Shown here: piece after piece, positions 1-12,740 of the stretch | Numbering within the stretch: the stretch's first letter is position 1 | Layout: each line of letters starts with the position of its first letter | Source of the DNA: the human T2T-CHM13v2.0 reference genome, Homo sapiens | Direction: 5' to 3' (one strand) | Assembly: GCF_009914755.1 (NCBI RefSeq) | Contig: NC_060938.1 | DNA length: 64,000 nucleotides | Position numbers and translations under genes: made by a program | The notes under the pieces: generated by a model | Database searches by the model: none | Seen by the model: only the letters and a program-made list of their open reading frames with translations | Told to the model about the DNA's origin: nothing

Positions 1-3000
1 ACCCACCAACAGCTTGCACTCTCAGTATGGAAAAGCTACAGGCACTCAACACCAGCCCAGCCTATGAGGTCAGCCACGGCGGCTACACCCTGCAAACCAC
101 AGGTGCACAGCCCTGGTAGAGGTTTTCCATGAGGATATGCCTCTGCAGCAGGCTACTCCCCCTTCCTACTGCCCACCACCCTCTCACCACCCTACTTCCA
201 GCCTACTCCTCCCCACCCTACCCATTTATTTTCCCTTTCACCCCTACAAACCTCCTGTTTGTGACTAAATCACCTCCCACCAGGTCCCACCTACAACAGT
301 CAGGAATGCTGTTCCCCATGAGTTTTTGTAGAGAAACACAGCCGAACCATATTATCCTGACCCTGACACCCCCACATCTCATGTCTTTCTCACATAGAAA
401 AATACAAACATGCCTTTTCAAAAGTTTCAAAAAGTCTTAACTCATTCCAGCAGTAACTCAAATGTAGTAAGTTCAAGTCTCATCCAGAACAAGACCAATC
501 CCTTCTGCCTATAAGTCCCTGAATGTAAAATACAATTCTTTTCTTTCAAGTTAAAACGATGGCACAGGCACTGGGTAAACTTTCTCAAACCAAAGGGAAG
601 ATTTTCCCAGAAAAATAACACAATTGGGACACAGGCCCAATCCGACTCCAAAACCCAGCAGGACAGCATTCATTTATCATGAGAACTCACTATCACACAG
701 ACTGCATTAAGGAGATAGTATTTAAACATTTGTGAAGGATCTGCCACCCGTCCCCATGTTTCACCTTCACTCACACCATGAACCTCCGTTCCCCTACATC
801 CCCCTTCCAACCCCCATTCTCTACCATGATTAAATCATCTTCTACCAAGCCCCGCGTTTAACATTCCCCATTACAATTCAACATGAGTTTTGGTAGGGAC
901 ACAGAGCCAAATCATATTATTCTCCCTTTGGCTCCCCAATCTCACATCCTTCTCATACTGCAAAATACAATGATGCATCCTCTACAGTCCCCCAGTGTCT
1001 GAACTCATTCCAGCATTTACTCAAATGTCCATTTGTGAAGGATGCACCCCCCGCCCCTGCCTTTCACCCCCAACCCCACCACAATCACCCCAACCCTCCC
1101 CATCCCCTAATCACCCCCACCCTCCCCACCCCCCCAACCATCCCACCTCCACTCTCCATCATGATTAAATCACCTTCCACCAGCCCCCACCTTTAACATT
1201 TCCCATTAAAATTCCATATGAGTTTTGGTAGAGACACAGAGCCAAAACATATTATTCTGTCCCTGGTCCCCCAAAGTTCATGTCTTTCTCACATTGCAAA
1301 ACGCAATGATGACTTCCCTAGAGTCCCCCAAATCTTAACTCATCCCAGCGTTTACTCAAATATCTAAAGCCCAAAGTCTCTTCTGAGACAAGGCTGCCAT
1401 ACCTTCTGCCCTGAGCCTCTGAAATACAAAGCAAGTTAACCACTTCCAAGGTACAATGATTGTACAGGCATTGGGTAAGCATTCCAAGCCAAAAGGAAGA
1501 AATTTGCCAGAAAGAAGCACAAAACACAGATGAGACTTAAAAACCACCTGCAAGTCAAAAACACAGCAGGCCAGTCATTCCATCATACAGCTCCAAATCA
1601 TCTTTTTGGAATCTATGTCCACATCCAGAACACAGGGTGGTGTGATGGCTGGGATCCCAAGGCCTTGGGCAGCTCTGCACATGTGGCATTGCAGAATCTT
1701 CCCCCTACAGCTGCCCTCATTGGCTAGGCTGCCATTGAGTACCTGTAGCCTTTCAACACTAAGGGTGCAAGCAGCTGGTGGGTCTATGAAACTGAGGTCT
1801 GGAAAATGGTGCCTCCCTCTATGGGGACTCCAACCCTATACTTTCCTTGTGTACTACCTGAGTAGAGGTTTACCATGAGGCTCTGCCTCTTGGAAAAGCT
1901 TCTGGCTAGACACTCAGGCTTTCTGATATATTCTCTGGAGTCCAGACGAAGGCTCTGAAGCTTCTAGTCCTGTGCTTTATGCACCTGCTGGCTTAACACT
2001 ATGTAGAAGCCACCAAGGCTTGGAGCTTGCATCCTCTGAAGCAGTGATGCAAGCTGTACCTGTACATCTTTCATCCATGGCTGAAGCTAGAAAAGGAGCT
2101 GCAGGGATGCAGGCAGTAGTGTCCTGAGGCTGCACACAGCAGTGGAGCCATGGGGCTGAGCCAGGAAACTATTCTTTTCTCCTAAACCCCAGGGCCAGTG
2201 ACAGCAAGGACTGCTACAAAGGTCTCTGAAATGCCTTCAAGGCCTTTTTCCCATTGTCTTGAATTATTAGCATTGAGCTCCTTTTTATGCAAATATCCTA
2301 AGCCTTCTTGATTTTCCCACTGAAAATCAGCTTTTCTTTTTGACCACTTGTCCAGATTACAAATTTTCCAAATGTTGAAGCTCTGTTTCTCATTTAAATA
2401 TAAGTTCTAACTTATGGTCATTTCTTTCATCACACATAGGAGCACAGGCTGTTCGATGTAGGCAGTACAACTCTTGAACTTTGCTGCTTAGAAGTTCATT
2501 CCACCAAATACACCCTAAATTATCACCCTCGAGTTCAGTTTCACAGATCTCCCGGGAAGGGTCACTGTGTAGCCAATTACTTTGCTAAGCCAAAACAAAA
2601 AAACCTTGGCTCCTTTTCCCAGTAAGTTCCTCATTTTCATCTGAGACCTTACAAGGCTGGTCTTCACTGTACATCCTTCTGTCAGCCTTTTACTCACAAC
2701 TATTTAATAAGTCTCTGCAATGGTCCAAACTTTCCCTCATCTTCTTGTCTTCTTCCAAGCTCTCCAAACTCTCAAACCTCTGGCCACTACCCAATTTGGA
2801 ACCTGCGTCTACACTGTCAGCTATCTTTGCTGCAGCCTGGCAATGTGGTAAAAGAAGAAAAGTCCATTATCAGGGGAAACATCAAGATGGCCTCCAATAT
2901 TTGCATTGAAAGAAGCTCAGCGCTAATAGCCAAGAGAATGGGGGAAACACCTAGAAGTCATTTCATAACTTCACTTCACAGCATTAATTTTCTGTATCTA

Positions 3001-6000
3001 CATAAAGAAAAGAGGTCTAATTGACTTACAGTTCTTCAGGCTGTAAAGAAAGCATAGTGGTTTCTGCTTGTAGGGGGACTCAGGAAGCCTCCCAATTATA
3101 CCAGAAGGCCAAGCAGCAATGAAATGTTTCATATGGCAGGAGTAGAAGCAAGACAGAGAGAGGAAAGAAGTGCAATATCCAGTTATACAACTAGATCTCA
3201 TGAGAGCTCACTATCAGAAGATCAGCATCAAGATGGTGCTTAACTGTTGGTGAAGGATCTGCCCACCACCCCATATCCACTACCCACTGTTTCCAAGCAA
3301 AAGCCTGAGGCAGAGACAGATCCGCCTGGAAAACCTCTACTAGGGCAGTGCAAAAGGAAAATATGGGCTTGGAGCCCCCACGCCACCATCCTCCAGCCCA
3401 ACAGTCATGGACCTACCAACAGCTCACACCCCCAGTATGGAAAAGCTTCAGGCACTCAACAGCAGCCCAGCCCATGAGAGCAGCTGCAGGTGCTAAACCC
3501 TGCAAAGCCACAGGTGCACTGCCTTAGTAGAGGTTTTCCATGAGCCTCTGCCTCTGTTGCAGGCTACTCCCCTCCTGCTACACACCACCCTACAGCCAGC
3601 CTACGCCTCCCCACCTTACCCACCTGTTTTTACTTCCAACCCCACCCCTCTCCCATCCATGAATAAGTCACTTCCCACCAGGCCCCACCTGCAACATTCA
3701 GGATTACAATTACATGTGAGTTTAGGTAGGGACACGCAGCTAAATCATACTATTCTGACCCTGATCCCCCAAATATCATATCCTTCTCACAGAGTAAAAT
3801 ACAATCATGCCTTTTCAAAAGTTGCCAAAAGTCTTAAGTCATTTCAGCATTAACTCGAATGTAAAAAGTTCCACGTCTCACCTGAGAAAAGGCTACAGTC
3901 CCTTTTGCCTATAAGTCCCTGAATTTAAAAGTGAGTTCTTTTCTTTCAAGGTACAATGATGGTACAGGCATTGGGTAAGTTTTCTCAATCCAAAGGGTAG
4001 AAGTTTGCCAGGAAAATAACACAAATGTGATCACAGGGCCAACGCAAGTCCAAAACCCAGGAGGTCAGTATCCATTCAATCTCACAGCTCCAAAACCGTC
4101 ACGAGAACTCACCATCATGAGGAAAGGATTAAGGAGATGGTGTTTAACTACTTGTGAGGGATCATCCCCCCACCCCCACTTTTCACCCCTCACCCCCAGC
4201 ATAATCCACCCATCCTCCCCAATCTCCAGCTTCCAACACCCAGTGCCCTCCATGATTAAATCACCTTCCACCTGGCCCCAATTTTAACATTTCTGATTAC
4301 AATTCCACATGAGTTTCCATAGGGACACACAGCCGAATCTTATTCTTCTGTCCCTGCCTCCCCAAATCTCATGTCCTTCTCACTTTGCAAAATACAGTGA
4401 TGCCTTACTTACCATTCCCCAAGCCACTATGCTTTTTTTTTACAGCCTGCAGAAAGATGAGCCAATTAAACCCCTTTTTGTTATGATCATACAGAAAATT
4501 AGTACTGTGAAGTGAAGCTATGAAACGCCTTTAATGACTTTTCCCCATCGTCTTGGCTAAAACCCCCAACGTCTTAACTCATTCCAGCATTTACTTAAAT
4601 GTCTGAAGCCCAAAGTCTCATCTGAGACAAAGATGCTGTCCCTTCTGCTCCTGAGCCTCTGAAATACAAAGCAAGTTAACTACTTCCAAGGTATGATTGT
4701 CCAGGCATTGAGTAAGAATTCCCACCCTAAAGGAAGATTTTTGCCAGAGAAGCAATGAAACACAAATGGGACTTACAGGTCCCATGAAAATCCAAAACCC
4801 AGCAGGCCAGTTATTAAAACCTACAGCTCCAAAGTCATCCTTTTTTAATCCTTGCCCCACATCCAGGGCACAAGGGCATGAGGGCTGGGCTCCCAAGGCC
4901 TTGGGCAGGTCTGCACCTGTGGCTTTGTAGTTTTCAGTCCCCACAGCTGCCCTCATGGGCTGTGCTGGTGTTGAGTGCCTGTAGTTTTCACCCACAGAGG
5001 GTACAAAGCTCTTGGTGGGTCTATGGGTCTGGGGTCTGCATGATGGTGGCCTCCGGTGTGGGGGCTCCAACCCCATATTTTCCTTCTGCACTGCCCTAGT
5101 AGAGGTTTCCCAAGAGGCTCTGCTTTTTGGCAGCCTTCTGTCTGGACACCCAAGCATTTTCGTACATCTTCCAAAATCTATATGAGGGCTCCGAAGCCTC
5201 TGGGCTAGTGCTCTATGGACTCGCTGGCTTAACACTATGTGGAAGCCATGAAGCCTTATAGCTTGTACCCTCTGAAGCAGTGATGCAATCTGTAGCTGTG
5301 TATCTTTCAGCCAAGGTCGGAGCAGGAGCTGGGCTGCTGGGATGCAGGCAGCAGTGTCCTGAGGCTGCACACAGCAGCAGGGCCATGGGGCTGGCCCCGG
5401 AAACCATTCTTCTCTCCTAGGCCCCAGGGTCTGTGACAGTAAATGCTGCTGTAAACATCTCTGAAATGCCTCCAAGGCTTTTTCCCCCACTGTCTTGGCT
5501 ATTAGCACTGGCCTCCATTTTATGCAAATTTCTGGAGCCTTCATGAATTTTCCCCCTGAAAATCAGCTTTTCTTTTTGACCACTTGGCCAGGCTGCAAAT
5601 GTTCCAAACTGTTGAGCTCTGCTTGTCATTTTTAAATATAAGTTCCAACTTGAGGTCATTTCCTCGGTCACACATAACCTCGGTCACACAAGAGCACAGG
5701 CTGTTTGATGCAGACAGGATCCCCCTTGTGCTATGCTGCCTAGAAGTTCATTCCACCAGATATGTACTAAATCATCACCCTCAAGTTCAAAGTTTCACAG
5801 ATCTAGAGGGCAAGGTCGCCCTGCAGCCATGTTCTTTGCTATAGCAAAACAAAAGTAACCTTGGCTCCTGTTCCCAGTAATTTCCCCATTTTCATCTGAG
5901 ACCTTGTAAGCCTGGCCTTCACTGTCCATCCTTCTGCCAGCCTTTTAATCACAACTATTCAACAAGTGCCTACTATGGTCCAAAATTTCTTTCATCTTCC

Positions 6001-9000
6001 TGTCTTCTTTCAAGCTCTCCAAACTCTCCAACCTCTGGCTGTTACCCACTTCTGAACCTGCTTTACATTTTCAGCTATCTTTATTGCAGCCTGGCAATGT
6101 AGAAGAAAAAGAAGTCCATTTTCAGGGGGGAACTTCAAAAGACTTCAGATATTTGCATTAAAAAGAAGTCCAGTGCTAATAGCCAAGACGATGGGGAAAT
6201 GTCATTGCAGATATTTCATAGCTCCACTTCACAGTACTTTATTTTCTGTATGATCATAATGAAAAGGGGTTTAATTGGCTCATGGTTCTGCAGGCTGTAA
6301 AGAAAGCATAGTGGCTTCTGCTTCTGGGAGGACTCAGGAAGCCTCCCAATCATACCAGTAGGAAAACAGCAATGAAATGTTTCATACGGCAGGAGTAAGA
6401 GCAAGGCTGAGAGAGGAAAGAGGTGTCCCACCGTTATATAACCAGATCTCATGAGGACTCACTATCACTAGGTCAGCATCAAGAAGATGGTGCTTAACCA
6501 TTGGTGAAGGATCCGCCCCCCAACACAGCTCCACCTCCTAGTGTTCCAGACAGAAGCCTGCTGCAGAGGCAGAGGCTCTTGGGAATCCTGTACTATGGCA
6601 GTGCGGAAGGAAAATAAGGGCTTTGAGTGACTATGCAGGAGGCCACCATCCTCTAGACCCCAGATTCATAGACCTACCAACAGTTCACACCCTCAGTATG
6701 GAAAAGTGATAGGCACTCAACACCAGCCCAGCCCATGAGAGAAGCCATGGGGGCTAAAGCCTGCAAAGCCACAGGCACACTGCCCTGGTAGAGGTTTCCA
6801 TGAGCCTCTGCCTCTGCAGCAGTCTACTCCCCCTTCCTACTACCCACCACCCTACAGGCAGCCTACTCTTCCCCACCCTACCCACCCCATTTTTTTCCAC
6901 CCCTACCCCTCCCATCCATGATTAAATAATCTCCCACCAGGTCCTGCCTCCAACATTTGGCATTACAATTCCACATGAGTTTTTCCAGGGGCACACAGCC
7001 AAATCATATTATGCTGACCTTGACCCCCCAAATCTCATATCCTTCTCACAGAATAAAATACATTCATACCTTTTCAAAAGTTTCCAAAAGCCTTAACTCC
7101 TTCCTGCATTAACTCAAATGTAAAAAGTTCAAAGTCTCATCTGAGACAACGCTACAGTTTCTTCTGCCTATGATTCCCTGAAGTTAAAAGGGTGTTTGTT
7201 TCTTTCAAGGTACAATGATGGTACAGGTACTGGGTAAGCTTTCTCAATCCAAAGGAAAGAAATTTCCAAGAAAAATAACACAAATGGGACCACAGGCCCA
7301 ATGGACATCCAAAATACGGTAGGTCAGTGTTCATTCAATCTCACAGCTCCAAAATCATGAAGAGAACTCATTATCAGAAGGACAGCATTAAGGAGATGGT
7401 GTTTAACCATTTGTGAAGGATCCACCCCCACCCCTGCCTTTCACCCCCAACCCTCCTCGCCCCCCAATCCCCCCAACCCTCCCCGCCCCCCAACCATCCA
7501 ACCTCCACTCTTCACCATGATGAAATCACCTTCCACCAGCCCCCACTTTTAACATTTCCCATTAATATTCCACATGAGCTTTGGTAGAGACAGAGAGCCA
7601 AAACATATTATTCTGTCCCTGGTCCCCCAAAGTTCATGTCTTTCTCACATTGCAAAATGCAATGATGCCTTCCCTAGAGTCTCTCAAATCTTAACTCATT
7701 CCAGCATTTACTCAAAGGCCCAAAGCCCAGAGTCTTATCTGAGACAAGTTTACAGTCCCTTCTGCCCATGAGTCACTGAATTATAAAGAAAATTTACTAC
7801 TTCCAAGGTACAAGGATTGTACAGGCAATGGGTAAGCATTCCCAGCCAACAGAAAAAAATAATTCCTAGAAAGAAGCACAAAACACAGAAGGGACTCATA
7901 GGATACATAAATGTCCAAAACCCAGCAGGCCAGTCACTCAATGCTACAGCTCCAAAATCATCATTTTTGAATCCTTATCCCATATCCATGGCACAGGGCT
8001 GTGAGGGCTGAGCTCCCAAGGCCTTGGGCAGATCTGCCCCTGTGGTTTTGCAGCGTTCAGCCTCAGTGTCTGTCTCTCATGGACAGGGCTGTTGTTGAGT
8101 GCCCATAGCTTTTCCACACCAGGGGTGCAAGCTGTTTGTGGGTCTATGAATCTGGGGTTTAGAGAGTGATGCCTCCCTGTGTGGGGGCTTCAACCTTATA
8201 TGTCCCTTCTTTGCTCCCCTAGTAGAGGTTCCCCATAAGGCTCTGCCTCTTGGAAAAGCTTCTTCCTGAACATCCAGGATTTTCTGTACATCTTCTGGAG
8301 TCTAGACGGGAGCTCCCAAGCCTCTAGTCTCGTTCTCTGTGCACCTACTGGCTTAACACTATATGGAAACCTTCAAGACTTTGAGCCACCTCTGAAGCAA
8401 TGACCCGAGCTGTACCTGTATGTCTTTCAGCCATGGCTGGTGCTGGAGCTGCACAGATGCAGGCAGCAGTGTCCTGCGGTTGAACACAGCAGCAGGGCCA
8501 TGGGACTGGCGTAGGAAACCATTCTTCTCTCCTAGGCCCCGGGGCCTGTGACAGCAAGGGCTGCTGCAGACTTCTCTAAAATACCTTCAAGGCCGGTTTC
8601 AAACTGTCTTGGCTATTTGCACTGGGTTCCTTTTTATGCAAATACCCTAAGCCTTCTTGAATTTTCCCCCTCAAAATCGGCTTTTCTTTTTGACCACTTG
8701 GCCAGGCTCCAAATTTTCCAAACTTTAGATCTCCACTTGAAGTTCCAACTTGAAGTCATTTCTTAGGTCACCCTTAAGAACACAGGCTGTTCAATGCGGA
8801 CAGGTCACCTCTTGTGTTATGCTGCCTAGATGTTCATTTCACCAAATACATCCTAAATCATCACCCCCAAGTTCCTAGTTTCACAGATCTCCAGGGCAGG
8901 GTCCCCGTGCAGCCAGCTTCTTTGCTAAGGCCAATCAAATGTAATCTTGGCTTCTATTAATAGGAAATTCCTCATTTTCATCTGAGACCTTTTAAGTCTG

Positions 9001-11515
9001 GACTTCAGTGTTTAAACTTTTGTCAGCCTTCTAATCACAAGTATTTAACAATTCTCTATAGTGGTCCAATATTTTCCTCATCTTGCTGTCTTCTAAGCTT
9101 TCCCAATTCTTCTGACCTCTGTCTTTTACTCACTTCTGAACCTGGTTCTACATTGTCAGCTATCTTTATCAGAGCCTGGCAATGTGGTAAAACAGAAAAG
9201 TCCATTTTCGGGGGAAAATTCACGAAGGCTTCAGATATTTGCATGAAAAGAAGCTGAGTGCTGGTTGCCAAGACAAAGGGGAAAGGGCCTTGAAGGCATT
9301 TCATGGCTCCACTTCATAGCACTGATTTTCTGTATGATCATAAAGAAAGGAGGTTTAATTGGCTCACTATACAGCAGGCTGTAAAGGAAGCATAGTGGCT
9401 TCTGCTTCTGGGAGGATCAGATCAGGAAGCCTCCTAATCATACCAGAAGGCCAAGGGGCAATGAGATATTTCAAATGGCAGGAGTAGAAGCAAGACTGCG
9501 AGAGGAAAGAGTTGCCACCCCCTGTTATATAACCAGATCTCATGAGAACACACTGTCATGAGGACAGCATCAAGAAGACGTTGCCTAACCATTGGTGAAG
9601 GATCTGCCTCCCACACCCACCTCCTACTGTTTCCACGCAGTAGCCTCCTGCAGACGAAGAGTTCTTGGGAAACCTCTACTAGGGCAGTGCAGAAGGAAAA
9701 TATGGACTTGGAGCCCCCATGCTACCACCCTCCAGACCCCAGATACATAGACCCACCAACAGCTTGCACCCTCCGTGTGGAAAAGCTACAGACACTCAAC
9801 ACTAGTCCAGTCTATGAGAGCAGCCATGGGGGCTCAGACCTGCAAAGCCACAGGTGCACTTCCCCAGTAGGCATTTTCCATGAGGCTCTTCCTCTGCAGC
9901 AGGCTACTCCCCCTTCCTACTACCCACCACCTTCCCACCACCATACAGCCAGTCTACTCCCTCCCACCCTACCCACCCCTTTTTCCCTTCCACATACACC
10001 CCCACCCATCCATGATTAAATCACTCCCTCCCACTCCCTCTAGTACTCTAATCCCTCCAAGCCCTTCCAATCTTTGTTTGCTACCCACTATTGAGCCTGC
10101 TTCTACTTTTTTAGCTATCTGTATAGCAGGTTGGCTAGGTAGCAATAACAAAAATCCCATTTAAGGGGAAACATTCAAGAAGATTTCAGAAATTTGCATA
10201 TAAAGAAGCCCTGTGCTAATAGCCAAGACAAAGGGAAAAAGGCCTTGAAGACATTTCACAGCTCCTCTCTGCAGTTCTAATTTTCTGTATTATTGTAAAT
10301 AAAAGACGTGTAATTGACTCATGTTTCTGCAAGCTGTGAAGGAATCATTGTGTCTTCTGTTTCTGGGAGGAATCAGGAAGACTCCTCGTTATATCAGAAA
10401 GCCAAGGGACAATGAGATGTCTCCTAAAGCAGGAGTAGGAGGAAGACAGAGTGAGGAAAGAGGTTCCACAGCCTGTTAAACAACCAGATCTCATGAGAAG
10501 TCACTCACTATCAGGAGGATAGCATCAAGGGGATGGTCCTTTATCATTCGTGAAGTATCTACCTGCACCATTTTATGACTAAATCTTTTTCCACCTAGGC
10601 CCCGCCTCTAACATTACAAAATATAATTCCATATGAGTTTTGGTTGGGACATAGAGAAAAACCGTATTATTCTGTCCCTGACCCCATGAATCTCATGTCC
10701 TTCTCACATTGCAAAATACAATCATGCCTTGCCAGCAGTCTCCCAAAGTCTTAACTCATTTCAGGATTAACTCAAAGTTACAAAGTCCAAATCTCATCTG
10801 GGTCAAGGCTGCAGTCTCTTTTGCCTAAGAGTCTCTGAAAAAAGCAAGTTCACTGCTTCTAAGGTACAATGATGGTACAGGCATTGTGTAAGCTTTCCAT
10901 ATCCAAAATAAAGACATTTTCCAGAAAGCTTATTTCTCTCTGAGACCTCCTCAGTCTGGTCTTCATTGTCCATGTTTCTGTCAGGATTTTTGTCACAACA
11001 ATTGAGCCAGACTCTAAGATGGTCCAAAAGTTTTCTCATCTATCTGTCTTCTTTTGAGCCTTCCAAACTCTTCCAACCTCCGTCCATTACCGGGTTCCAA
11101 AGCTGCTTCCACATTTCCAGGTATCTTTATAGCAGTGCTCCAGTCCTCATTTGCCATTTTCTGTATGATTTATTTTGAAAAATAGGTTTAATTGTCTCAT
11201 GGTTCTAAGCACAGTGCTTCTGCTTCTAGGAGGCCTCAGATATGTTTCAATAATCATGGAAGGCAAAGAAAGAATTAGTTGTCTCACATGGCAAGGGGAA
11301 AACACGGAGAGTAGGGAGGTGACATAGAGTTTTCAGTGACCAGACCTCATGAGAAGTCACTCATTATTGTGAGGACGGTACAAGGGGATGGTGCTGAACC
11401 ATTCATGAGAAATTTGCCTTCATAATTCAATTACGTTATGCCAGGATCCACCTTCCACATTAGGAAATATAATTCAACATGAGATTCGGAGGAGACACAT
11501 ATTCAAATTGCATCA
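1..11515 (-). mobile_element. Tandem array of rearranged ERVL-MaLR (MST-type) LTR and internal fragments, ~3.1-3.4-kb period
   Basis: Repeated reverse-complement MST LTR ends (…cagatctcatgagaactcactatca…aatcacctcccaccagg…catgag…gggacacag…ccaaa-catatt) near 350, 915, 1250, 3750, 4340, 7005, 7605, 10665 and 11510. Most are followed by the MST-int motif 'aaagtcttaactcattccagcattaactcaaa…gtctcatctgagacaagg'. The anchor 'acc(c/t)accaacag…ggaaaag' recurs at 1, ~3411, ~6672 and ~9751. Confidence 0.85.
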
Positions 11516-11599
11516 TCAATCTTTGAATATAAAGACATCCACAGTAGGCTTTATCCAGCCAACTTCTTTGAGAATCTTTATAGGGTTTGAGGTCTAGAG

Positions 11600-12740
11600 C
11601 ATATACACTAAGATATTCATTCTTCAAAAAGCAATAAAGTGGTATTATCATTTTTCCAAAAGTTACAGCAGTAGTTTAGGCATTCATAGCATGATTTAGT
11701 TCACATTTTCTACTGTTTCTATTCTATCACCATATTAACTGTTTCCTATACAATTCTGTATTCAGCTGGATTTCAGTTGAGCACAAAACCATCCTTGTAC
11801 TAGCTCTTTGCTAGTGTTATTATTCTGCTGTAGAAAGTATCCTTGAAATGGAAACAGTCCACGATTGAGTATTGAGTCATTCAACACTATCAATTCCTCA
11901 GTGACTTTTTGAAAAAGTAGTATCTCTTGTTGCAAGAAATGCTGCATCTGTGAGTCCATGTCTCTCACTGGAATTGGATGGAAGTGGTGAATTTCAGCCA
12001 AAGTAGCCAAAGAAATCCTGTTCCTGTGATTCTGACATCATCAGCCTCTGCACCTCTGTATTCCCTTCTGCCACATGTTGCCTGCTCTCCGTGACTTTGG
12101 TAAGAGTTTCCTTGTGTATCTGGATGATGTCCAAGATGTTGGTCTTGTGTCCCTGAGACAGCACTAAGAGGCCCATGGCTGGGTCGGGGTCCTGCCTGGA
12201 CTGATTGGCAAAGAGCTCACTGACAATGTGGAAGATGCTCTTTCTTAAAGCCTGTCACCACTCATTGGCTGTGAAGTTGACCTGAGAGCCCTGTTGTCCA
12301 TCTTCTTGGTGAAGCACTTGAAGCCGTCAATCTTGCTCTCCCACTCCTAAAGGTTGAGTGTCACTCTGAGGGAGGGCTCAGGGCCAGGAAGAATCTGGCA
12401 CTCACCATCTCATCTTTCTCAGCCTTCCTCTTGCCCTGTCTCCAGGCTGTCTCTTCAGTGCTGGTGGGGTACATCAGGAAGTGACAAAAAATGTGGCATT
12501 GTGCCTGCACCCAGACGCTGGTTGTGTGGTTCATCTACCAGATTGGGCCCTTTCTGCACTTGAACATAGATCCACTTCACCATAGATGCATTCCACACTG
12601 TCAATGAGCTCTTTGCCAATCAGCCCAGGCAGGACCTGGACCCAGTCATGGACCTGTTAGTGCTGTCTCAGGGACACCAGGCCAACATTCTGGACATCAT
12701 CCACATACCCAAGGAAGCTCTTACCAGAGTCATCCTCCAG
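11600..12740 (-). pseudogene. SNX18P: Processed, rearranged SNX18 pseudogene (PX end, BAR domain, 3' UTR)
   Basis: Minus-strand translations 'ATLAEIHHFHPIPVRDMDSQMQHFLQQEILLFQKVTEEL' (11762-12010), '[44 protein letters not shown]' (11994-12176) and 'DGFKCFTKKMD' (~12297-12328) match the SNX18 C-terminal BAR region. No introns are visible and the frames are broken. Confidence 0.85.

Noticed and set aside
4618-5544. 308-aa minus-strand ORF
   Set aside because: Lies wholly in MaLR internal sequence and is not kept open in the neighbouring array units; a retroelement remnant.
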